Positions 10,903-20,340 of a DNA stretch of 21,701 bases are shown piece after piece. Numbering within the stretch: position 1 is the first letter of the stretch; every line of letters starts with the position of its first letter. The DNA comes from Emiliania huxleyi CCMP1516. Lineage: Eukaryota. The DNA is taken from contig NW_005201792.1 of assembly GCF_000372725.1 (NCBI RefSeq), forward strand, positions 227,452 to 249,152, in the 5' to 3' direction. The notes under the pieces are model-generated. The model was not told the DNA's origin and made no database searches. It saw only the letters and a program-made list of their open reading frames with translations. Made by a program: the position numbers and the translations under genes.

Positions 10903-11999
10903 GACCTCTGCGCCGAGCAAACTCGAGTAGAAGAGCGACGCAACTCGAGGTTACTCCTGACTCCGGCCTTTTGTGGGTCACGTAGCCACACCTCCACTCC
11001 TCGGTGCGAGTGGCTAGTTCGACTCTGGGGAGGATGGTCGGAACATTCAGTTTTTTATTTTGGATGTCAAGGCCGATTGCGATCGTGTCTGGACTGTCTC
11101 GCGGCTGTGAGCTGTGTGAATGCTGCTGTATTCAAAGTTTCATTCTTTGTCGGTGTCGTGTGTGCGTGTATCCGGCACAAGCGCGCGGTCGATGAGCCCG
11201 GGGCTGGGGGCCTAGTTAGTCCCTAGCAAAATGTGGCAGACATCACACTGGGCACGGGACTGGCGCGCAATGGCACTAACACAGGTACAACCGGGCGCCG
11301 CCTAAGCGACTCCTGCGAGGACGGCGAGGCACTTAGCTCCGTGCACTCCACCGCCCTCCGCCGCACAGGCAAGCTCGCTGACGATCTGCTCTGCGAGATG
11401 GCCGTCGGAGTAAAAAGAATTCAACCTCCCAGGTTCGACCCATCCCCACACCCCAGAAAAGGATTTTTCCACAGCGCACGAAGGCACGAAGGGCACGGGA
11501 TTTTGGCGCTTTGCCTTTGGCGCGCACTGGCACTGACACAGAGGTACTAGAGTCTACACCACCGCGGGAGCCGCCTAAGGCGTTCCGCCGTTCTTCTTCT
11601 TATCCCACCGCGCGGCTTTTCCCCCCGCTCTTTGTGAGAGAAAGAACAACAAAACTTGCAAGTATTGCTTGGCGCGCGAGAGCACCGAGAGGGGTGGAAA
11701 GGAAAGTCGTATGGCTCTAAAAAAGGTGACGCGCGCTCGTCATGTCGCTCAAATATCCTCACACGTCACACATGCGATGGGGACAGATGCACGCAAAATA
11801 TTCATCAGTGAGATTTGAATGTTGCTCCAGTCCAGCTAGGCCACCGGAACTCGCGCGGCGGCGTCAATCGCGCGGTCTATCTGCCGCGGCGGCGGCGGAA
11901 CGCGACTCTGCGAAACTACTGCCAACCCGCAACAACATAACTCATAAGGGCCTGCGCCGCACGCAAACCGCCGACGCGCGCTGAGCACACACGCCCGGC

Positions 12000-14120
12000 T
12001 CAGCCCTCCGGCGCTTTGCTGCTTCCCGCGTCGCTGATGTCGCCGCCGCCGCCGTCACCGTCGGCCTCGTCGGCGTCCGTGGCCGCCGGCTCCACGCCAG
12101 CGGAAGCTGTCTCCACGCGCGCGGCCGCGTCCCCCGCCGCCGCTGGCGGCCCGAGCACCCGCGCGGCGGCGGCGAGCGCGGCGTCCGGCGGCAACGGCGC
12201 CGCCTTGCGCGCCGCCTCGAGCAGCCCGTCCAGCCTGCTCCGCGCCGCCGCCACAGCCGCGCGCCGCTGGTCGTCCTTCGCGCCCTCGCCCTCGTAGCGC
12301 GCGAGGAAGGCGTCGGCGGCGCGGCGGTGCGGTCCGCGGGTCGAGGCGCGGCGAGCGACAAAGGCCTCGAACTCGTCGAGCGAGCGCCTGCGGCGGGGGG
12401 GGGGTGGGGGGGGGTGGGGGGGGCAGGCCGCCTGGCGTGTGGTGTGGGGAGGGTGGGCGGGGTAACGGCCTGAGCGGGGGAGGGGCGAGGGCGGGGCGAG
12501 GAGCGAGGGGCGGGGGCGAGGGACGGATCGTACTTTGCGAGCTTGGTCGCGAAGGTGTGCGGCGACGAGCGGTACGTGCGAGTGAGGCCGTGCGCCCCCG
12601 CCTTGCCGGCGGCGGCCAGGAAGTCGTGCCTCAGCGTGAGGTGCTCGACCGAGTAGTTGAGGATGCGCGGGAAGTGCTCGATGTCGCCGATCTGCCGCCT
12701 GGGGCCCGAGCCGAGGCGCTCTGAGTACGTGCGGCGGGAAATGTCGCGGGGGAATGGAGGGGGGGGGGGGGGGGGCCAAGCGTTCCTAGGAGGAGGCCGA
12801 GCTTCCTCACGGGGACTTTTCGGGGAAATTTCGGGGACTTTTTGGGGAAATCTCGGGGACATCTCGGGGAAATCTGGGGGACTTCTCGGGGACTTTTGGG
12901 GGACATCTCGGCGACTTCTCGGCCCCCAAGGGNNNNNNNNNNNNNNNNNNNNNNNNNNNNNNNNNNNNNNNNNNNNNNNNNNNNNNNNNNNNNNNNNNNN
13001 NNNNNNNNNNNNNNNNNNNNNNNNNNNNNNNNCGCTTCGTCGAGGGTGGGCCGCCCCTCCCATATCCACGGCAGGAGCCCCACGCTCCTGCTCAGCAGCG
13101 TCGGCACGTCGCCGAAGCCCTGCTCCTTGAGCCAGGCGACCTAGAGTAGGGGGAGGGGGGGGGTGAGGGCAGGGTGGACCCGTGCGCTGCTCCTCTCGAG
13201 AGCCAGCCGGCCTTGGGCTGCACGTTCGCCTCGAGCGAGTAGGCGAGGAGGGGCGGGTGGCGAGAGAGGAAGCGGCCGAGGCGCGGCACGCCGAGGCTGC
13301 GGTAGTACTCGATCCGCGGCGCGATCGCCTCCGCGTTGAGCCCGACTGTCGGGAGCTGCTCGAGCACTCGCCCGACCTGCAGAGCCGTGTGCGTGTCAGG
13401 TGTGTGTCAGGTGTGTGCCGCAGTCCCGCGTGTGTGTCTTCGCAGGCAGGCGGGCGGGGGGAGGGGCCGCCGCGTGGCGAAGGCTGGCCACGGCGAGGGC
13501 CGAGCGCCGCCGCTCACGGCCCGTGTGTCTGCCCGCGAGTGGCGGCGTTGCGGTGGGCGAGTGGAGGGCGCTGGCGGTGCCTCCAGCTCCGGGATCGAGG
13601 AGAGGAGCTCGACAGCGGGTCGCATCTGCCGCTCGACGTCGATGCTGACGAGGCGCGGGTTGCGAGAGAGATACCGCGCGATATCGCGCACGCCGAGCGA
13701 CTGCAGGATCGCAACCTTCAGCCCCAGGTCACGCCGCACCGAACAGCCCAGCAAGTCGGGCGCGCGCCGCACCGAGCCGCCCAAGTCCGCGACGCCGAGC
13801 GACAGCAAGTAGTCGAGACCGGGCGAGAGCGCCTGCGGCTCGGTGGAGAGCACCGACGGGTTGCGGCGCACCACTGCCGCCACCGCCGCGTCGGGCACGC
13901 CCAGCCCCTGCAGGAATGCGAGTCGGGACGGCAGCCGCCCGAGGGCGTCGGCCGCAAGCGGCGCAGAGGGCGCGATGCGGTGCTGCTGGAGCAGTTCCTC
14001 GAGCGATGCTGCTGCGGCCGGCGCGGCGGACGACGCCGCACGCCGGCAGTGCGGCAGTTGCCTAGCCGACGTCGGCTGCAGCAGCGACAGAGGCCGTGCA
14101 GCGACAGAGACTCGCAACAT
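12000..14120 (-). CDS. mTERF (mitochondrial transcription termination factor) family protein, organelle-targeted; exons 13581..14120, 13212..13376, ~13075..13140, [gap], 12534..12691, 12000..12387
   Basis: Repeated mTERF units (LAFLQGLGV..VVRRNPSVL, LDYLLSLGV..RRAPDLLGCSV, YYRSLGV..SRHPPLLAYSLEANVQPKVAWL, FPRILNYSVE) and a typical C-terminal FATKLAKRSLDEFEAF. The N-terminus is rich in Arg/Ser/Ala and lacks acidic residues, like a transit peptide. Introns 13377-13580 (GC), 13141-13211 (GC), 12388-12533 (GT). The middle of the gene is interrupted by an N gap. Confidence 0.85.
12805..12925. repeat. Intronic ~10-11-bp tandem repeat ((T/C)TCGGGGAC/AAA(T)) next to an assembly gap
   Basis: About ten degenerate units such as TTCGGGGAAA, CTCGGGGACA and TTTGGGGGAC. 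Confidence 0.8.
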
Positions 14121-14825
14121 GCACAATTCGCAAAAAAAGAATTCTCTGTGCGCGCCGCCGTCCTCCCTTCTTCCCGAATGAAGGTTCGCCGTTTTAAAAA
14201 TCCCTCCCTTCTTCCTCCCCCTAAAGGTCGCCGTCCTCCCATCCCTCCCTCCAGGCTTGTCTGTTTTCTTTCTTACTTACAAAGAATACATTGTGGTCTC
14301 TCTTTATTACACAATCGACACATTACACAATGCACACACGCGCATATCAGATCGCAACAATAGCAACACCAGCACACACACACATCGCGAGTAGATGAGG
14401 CGAGATGAGGCGACGGCCTGAGCAGCGACGGGTGGAAGGCAGCCCCTTGAGTCGAGGGCGGCGCGACCATTGCGCTGACTCAAAGGCCAGCTAGCTGGCC
14501 CGTTCAGTACAGATGGTCTCGCCGCCCCGCTCCGCGCCGCCCGCCGCCGCGCCGCGCCGCCGCCCGATGATTATTAATTCATTATTAATTAATTAATAAG
14601 TATTTATACCACCCGCCGCCGCGCCGCCCCGCCCTGCGTCGCCCGCTGCCTCGCATTGCCGCCGCCTCGCACCGCCCGCCGCCGCGCCGCGCCGCCGCCG
14701 TGGAGGTACTTTCTTCTCAATAACAAGGCTGTGAATGCAGGCGTGGCTGTACTCGCCAGCGTCTTGTGAGTGAGCCTGGAGCCCGCACCAGCCCCTCGTC
14801 CTCCGGAGGCGGAGCGGAAGAAAGC
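14121..14825. promoter_or_regulatory. Divergent intergenic region (mTERF and RNA-binding gene) with a 16-bp palindrome and an AT island
   Basis: Head-to-head genes; GGCCAGCTAGCTGGCC at 14485-14500; an almost pure AT tract at 14567-14608 between GC-only repeats. Confidence 0.45.
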
Positions 14826-16300
14826 ATGATGCCCGCGGTGGGCGAGAAGCGTGAGCCCTCCGAGGTGGCGCCATCGAGCGTCGCTGCAAGTGCGTGCGCC
14901 CCACTCTCGGCGACGCACTTACATGCACTTATCCCGCCCTCGCCCGCACAGTGCTTGCCAAGAAGCTGCGCTCGCTCGACGACTCGTCGCTCAATCAGCT
15001 CCTGAGCAAGGCGGCAGCCGCTGGCGGCGAGGGCCTCACGGACGGTCCGCAGTCGGACAGCGCCGGAGAGCCGCAGGGGGCGGGCGGCGGCCAGGCTGCT
15101 GGCGACGGCCAGAGCGGCAGCCCCGGCGGCGGCCAGTGCGAGAGCGCCGGCGGCTCCATGGCAGCGCCGGGCGGCCTGGGCGGGATGAAGACCCTCGGTG
15201 GCGGCATGCCGATGGGCGGCCAGCTCGGGCAGGGCGGGATGCCAGGCATGCAAGGCGCCCGCGCGCACGGCGCTCGCGCGGATGGGGCTGACCGGTGCGG
15301 CCGCCGCCCCCGCAGGCATGTCGGGTATGCCGGGTATGCAGAGCATGCCGATGGGAGGTATGCAGGGCGGCATGCAGGGCATGCAGATGCAAGGCGCGGC
15401 CGCACACACCTTGCCGCCTGCAGCCCGGCCTCGCCTGAGCTCGAGCTCTCTCCGCGCGCAGGCGGGATGGGCGGAGGCACGGGCATGGGAGGCATGCCCG
15501 GCGGCGGCGGGCCGAGGGGGATGATGGCGGGAGGCAACATGATGGGAGGCAACATGATGCAGAACAACATGATGCAGAACAACATGATGCCAGGCGAGAC
15601 GCGCCTGGCATCGCCGCCACCCTCCCTCCCTCGCCCCCTCGCCCTCGCTCCTCGCCCCTCGCCCCTCTCCACTGCCCTCCCATCCCTCGGCCCCCTCCCT
15701 CCACAGGCAGCATGATGGGCGGCAACATGATGGGCAACCCCATGATGCAGAGCCACATGATGCAGCGAGACCCACGCCTGCCCCGCAACGCACGCCCCGG
15801 CGACTGGATGTGCAACTCGTGCAACAACCACAACTATGCCGACAAGATGGCGTGCAACCGCTGCAAGCTGCCGAAGGCCATCGCCATGTCGCGCCCGCAG
15901 CCGGGCGGCATGGGAGGCGGCATGGGTGGAGGCATGGGCGGAGGCATGGGAGGCAGGCCGATGGGCGGCGGCATGGGCGGCGGCATGGGCGGCGGCATGG
16001 GAGGAGGGATGGGCGGAGGGATGGGCGGCGGCGGGATGGGCGGCGGTGGGATGGGCGGCGGTGGCGCCGCCAACTCGTTGGCGATGGTCCTCTCCAAGCT
16101 GCAGGCCTTCCCTCCCCTCTTCAGCGCTCTCAGCAGCAGCACGGCGATGCAGAGCGCGCTCATGGCGCACCTCTCGGGCGGGGGCATGCAGGCGGCAGAG
16201 GCGCTGCTCGGCGCCGTGGAGCGAGGCGCGGCCACGAACGGCGTCCAGGGCGCGCAGGCTGCGCTCGTCTCCGCCATCTCGGGCGGAGGAGGCGGTGACG

Positions 16301-16331
<31 letters not shown>

Positions 16332-18503
16332 AGGCGGCGGAGGCGGCGGCGGCGGCGGCGGCCCAGCAGAGGGAGGCGAGGCAGCTCCCTCTGCGGGCGG
16401 CGACGATCCTCGCGCAGCCGCGGGGAGCGGCGACCCGCGCGCCGCGGCTGCGGCCAACGGCGGCGATCCGCGCGGCAGCGGCGGCGATCCGCGCGGCGGC
16501 GGCGGCGATCCGCGCGGCGGCGGCGGCGATCCGCGCGGCGGCGGCGGCGACCCGAGGCTGGGCGGCGGCGGCGGCGGCTGCGGGTCTGGCGACCCGCGTG
16601 CCGCCGCTGGCAGCGCGGGCAGCACACTCGGAGGGCTCGGGATGGGCGGCGGGCTCGGTGGCGGCGGGCTTGGTGGCGGCGGGCTCGGTGGCGGCGGGCT
16701 CGGTGGCGGCGGGCTCGGCATGGGCACACTCGGCAGCGGCGGGCTCGGCGGCGGAACGCTGGGCGGCGGGACGTTGGGAGGTCTGGGTGGAGGCTTGGGT
16801 GGGGGTCTGGGTGGAGGCTTGGGTGGAGGCTTGGGTGGCATGGGCGGCGGGCTCGGCGGCGGCGGGCTGATGATGGGGGGCGGGCTCGGCGGCGGCGGGC
16901 TGATGGGCGGCGGCGGCGTCGAGCCCCTCTCGCGCGCCATCTTCGTCAAGGGCGTCCACCCGCAGACGACGCACGAGGAGCTCGTCGCCGAGGCGTGCGG
17001 CACACCCGACGACCCTAGATTATCGTCCTTATGAGTATGATTAGTACTGCTATTGAGGTGCGGCACAAACACATCCGGCCCAGGTACTGTCGTATGAGAA
17101 TCACAGTGTCTCCTCCCCGAGTCTCCCCCCCGAGGTGCGGGCGGCGCTCCCGGAGACTCCCGCCGCCTCCACCGACGCACCTCGGGGAGGAGACCTCGGG
17201 GGGGAGACACTGTGATTCTCATACGACAGTACCTGGGCCGGATGTGTTTGTGCAGCAGCTCCATAGCAGTAGTAAGCGTACGCATGCGGACGATAATGTA
17301 GGGTCGTCGGGTGTGTCGCGCGCTTCGGTGACGAGCTCAGCGTGCGTCGTCTGCGGGTGGACGCCCTTGACGAAGATGGCGCGCGAGAGATTTGCGNNNN
17401 NNNNNNNNNNNNNNNNNNNNNNNNNNNNNNNNNNNNNNNNNNNNNNNNNNNNNNNNNNNNNNNNNNNNNNNNNNNNNNNNNNNNNNNNNNNNNNNNNNNN
17501 NNNNNNNNNNNNNNNNNNNNNNNNNNNNNNNNNNNNNNNNNNNNNNNNNNNNNNNNNNNNNNNNNNNNNNNNNNNNNNNNNNNNNNNNNNNNNNNNNNNN
17601 NNNNNNNNNNNNNNNNNNNNNNNNNNNNNNNNNNNNNNNNNNNNNNNNNNNNNNNNNNNNNNNNNNNNNNNNNNNNNNNNNNNNNNNNNNNNNNNNNNNN
17701 NNNNNNNNNNNNNNNNNNNNNNNNNNNNNNNNNNNNNNNNNNNNNNNNNNNNNNNNNNNNNNNNNNNNNNNNNNNNNNNNNNNNNNNNNNNNNNNNNNNN
17801 NNNNNNNNNNNNNNNNNNNNNNNNNNNNNNNNNNNNNNNNNNNNNNNNNNNNNNNNNNNNNNNNNNNNNNNNNNNNNNNNNTGGTTTCGGCGGTTATGAA
17901 CATTCAGCATGATGCGACGCAATTTGAGCTGGGGCATAGGCGCAGATCACGTTGGAGAGCCCGGTGACCTGGGGGAGGGGTACCCCCCCCCCCCCCCCCG
18001 CCAACACCGCACGCGCGCCCCACCGCACGCGCCCCGCCGCACCGCAGGAGATCGCGTCGCTCGGGCGCGGGTTCGGGCCGCTCGAGTCGATGCGGATGAT
18101 GATGGGCGCCTCGTACGGCTTCCTCAACTTTTTGCGCGACGAGGACGCCTACGCGTTTTGGCAGTCTGGCCAGGCCCAGCAGCCGCACCTGCGCGGCAAC
18201 CGCATCTTTCTCAACTGGGCAAAGGCGCCCGGGCCGGTGGAGCCGCACGTGCTGCGCCTCGTGCGCGAGCACGGCGCCTCGCGCCACCTCGCGGTGCGCA
18301 ACATCTCGGACGCAACCTCGGCCGACCAGCTCGGCGCCCTCTTCCGCCAGTTTGGCGAGGTCGAGTCGATCCAGATCAAGCCGGGCGAGGGCGCGCAGGT
18401 CAACCTGACAAACATCGCCTCGGCCGCCGCCGCAAAGGACCAGCTCGACGGGCTCACGATGGGCCAGTGGAAGCTGGTCGTGGCGTACACGACGCCGCCA
18501 TGA
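14826..18503 (+). CDS. Gly/Met-rich RNA-binding protein: RanBP2-type zinc finger plus multiple RRMs (Mrn1/S. pombe Nrd1-like); exons 14826..14889, 14952..15254, 15316..15393, 15462..15593, 15707..16992, [gap], 18048..18503
   Basis: GDWMCNSCNNHNYADKMACNRC matches the RanBP2 finger W-x-C-x2-C-x3-N-x6-C-x2-C. RRM start RAIFVKGVHPQTTHEEL. The last exon FGPLESMRMMMGASYGFLNF...IFLNWAK...HGASRHLAVRNI...FGEVESI...TNIASA has the paired-RRM layout of Mrn1/Nrd1. Four phase-1 introns keep the frame. Linkage across the gap is inferred. Confidence 0.8.
15902..16917 (+). repeat. Coding tandem repeats: (GGMG)n 12 nt, (GGC/GGA)n poly-Gly, (GGGGDPR)n 21 nt, (GGGGL)n 15 nt
   Basis: Read directly from the DNA and from ORF 15712..17034. 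Confidence 0.9.
16927..17389. repeat. Long inverted repeat (fold-back): arms 16927-17139 and 17176-17389, ~91% identity
   Basis: Manual alignment gives 18 substitutions and 1 indel over ~213 bp, with perfect runs at 16927-16975 and 17063-17113. The loop has its own GGCGGCG/CGCCGCC stem. Confidence 0.95.
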
Positions 18504-18789
18504 GAGAGCCAGAGGCGGCGCCGGGGCGAGGGTGTTGCGGAGCCGCCCTGGCCCGGGGAGGGCTGTCTCTGGGAGTCGGGCCCCACGAAATCGCGCGCGC
18601 GAGCGGGTGTCATATCATCAGCAAATTCTATCACGCCATCAGCGAAAAAGACACCACCAGCAAAATTAAGGGGGACGCATTGCTGATTGCACGCACGCAC
18701 CGACAAACAACATACAGCAACACACGTATAAATAAAAAATTTGGCGGCGTGTTGGAAAATGGCAAAAAGCGAAAAAACCCCGCGCGCAT

Positions 18790-18824
18790 GCAAAAATCGA
18801 GCAGCAAAAAATCGAGCAGCAAAA
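18790..18824. repeat. Short tandem duplication GCAAAAA(A)TCGAGCA x2 in the A-rich spacer between convergent genes
   Basis: gcaaaaatcgagca gcaaaaaatcgagca gcaaaa. Confidence 0.7.
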
Positions 18825-18896
18825 CCGCGTCCTCGGTTCGCCTCTGAAAGGGACCCAAGCCTGCGTGCAGCGCGAGACGGCGCGCATCCCCGCGGC

Positions 18897-19695
18897 TCAA
18901 GGCGCAAGCGCCCCACTGTGGTGCCGGTGCGCCTTGATTGTCTCCCACTGCCTGGCCGCTACCAGCAGCAGCGAGAGCAGCGCGCCAAAGGCCTGGCAGA
19001 GCCGGCGGCGAGACACAGACGCATCGATCCCGTCGAGTGCGGCGACCCACCGCCACGCGCAGACGAGGGCGGCGAGGTTCGAGGCGCTCATGGCGACCTC
19101 GTACAGGGCTAAGAGCGTGGGCGAGGAGGGATAGAGGCAAAAGAGGTTGCAGCTGGCCGAGCCGAGCTCGAGGGCGCACACGCCCAGAAAATACCAGGGG
19201 AAGCCCGCCTATGGGAGAAGAGGAGGGCGGGTGGACGGCTCCGAGAAGGGAACGCGATGCCGCTCAGGGGAAGCCCGCCGACAGGAGCACGGCGCAGGCG
19301 TGCCCGGCGAGGCAGACGACGTGGTGAGCCGCCAGCAGGACGCGGACGTCGCAGATCTGCCAGTCGAGGAGGAGGAACGCGGGGAAGACGGCGACAAACG
19401 CCCGCTCGCCCACGCTGCGCAGCTTGCCATGAGAGGTCCGCTCGCCCCACCGCTGCACGTCAAAACGGTGGGCCACCACAGCGCACCCAAGGAGCAGCGG
19501 GAGGGTGCCGACCTGCGTCGGGAGGCCGAGCGCGCAGCGCCAGCGCGGCGCGCCGTTTGCAAAGTACCCTTCCACCTGCTCTCCAAAGTGACGCTCGAGC
19601 GGACCTCTCAGCCCAAGCACAAGGCCTACATAGGCGGCAACAAGAGCCGCCGCCAGCGCGGTTCCGCCATGATCGACGGATGACGCCGCAGCCAT
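18897..19695 (-). CDS. TLC (TRAM/LAG1/CLN8)-domain-like multi-pass membrane protein, ~242 aa; complement(join(18897..19208,19279..19695))
   Basis: Several hydrophobic segments, with D...LLAAHHVVCL and GVCALELGSASCNL matching the TLC HH and E-x-S-x3-N motifs. A 70-bp GC-AG intron (19209-19278) joins ORFs 19264..19716 and 18897..19181 in phase. The start is uncertain. Confidence 0.7.
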
Positions 19696-20232
19696 GTCGA
19701 GGCCGCGCTCTCGCACCGTCAGTCAGATTGGGCCTGTCAGCAGCAGCACACGCGCCGACTCAGCGACATCGAGCGACATGGCGGGGTTGCTGTCGACAAA
19801 AAAAGAGGGATCCGAATAGCCCCCGAAGACGAGACGGCGGCGAGGCCGCGGTCGAAGAAGTATAAGAGGGGAATGCGGGCTCCGCAGCCGACGCCGAACC
19901 ATCGGAAATCGAACAGGAGGGAGGACCGGGAGGAGAGGGGAGCCCCCTCGGATGGGGGGTGGGGAGATCGGGCGGAGGAGCCCTGAGTGGCGATGTCGGG
20001 TGAGAGTGTACGTCATGCTCGTGTCTAGTGTCTGGTGTTTACTAGCTCCGAGTAGAGGGGGCGTTCCGCCGCTAGGGGACACCCAAAGCGCAGAACTAAC
20101 CCTCGGAGACCCGTGTTTACTTTAAGGCCCTTGCCCTGCGAATGCGCGCCCCCCCCCTAGCTAGGGGTCAGGGCTCTCTAGCCCGTAGCCCGATACCGAT
20201 CATCCGGCCCGCTGGATGCGCTTCTCAGCTCA

Positions 20233-20340
20233 CCGGCCCTGGATGTGAGGTTACCGACTGCACTCCAAGTGCTCCAAGATCCGAGCTCCCCGGCCCTGGA
20301 TGACTGCACTCCAAGTGCTCCAAGTGCTCAGGTAGAAAAG
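20233..20340. repeat. Direct repeat CCGGCCCTGGATG / GACTGCACTCCAAGTGCTCCAAG x2 with an internal 9-bp CTCCAAGTG unit
   Basis: Copies at 20233-20278 and 20290-20324; the 23-mer is identical in both. Confidence 0.85.

Noticed and set aside
10955..11040. GTTCGACTC T-loop/B-box-like motif (also GGTTCGACCC at ~11432) as a possible tRNA
   Set aside because: I could not build a cloverleaf: no matching T stem, acceptor stem or D arm.
14995..17285. 659-aa and 483-aa minus-strand Pro/Ala-rich ORFs
   Set aside because: Reverse complement of the Gly-rich coding repeats; the zinc finger and RRM lie on the + strand.
17031..17967. ORFs spanning the N gap
   Set aside because: Artefacts of translating through Ns.
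17882..17980. In-frame stops just after the gap, suggesting the RRM gene is a pseudogene
   Set aside because: This is contig-edge sequence and probably low quality; the downstream exon is intact.
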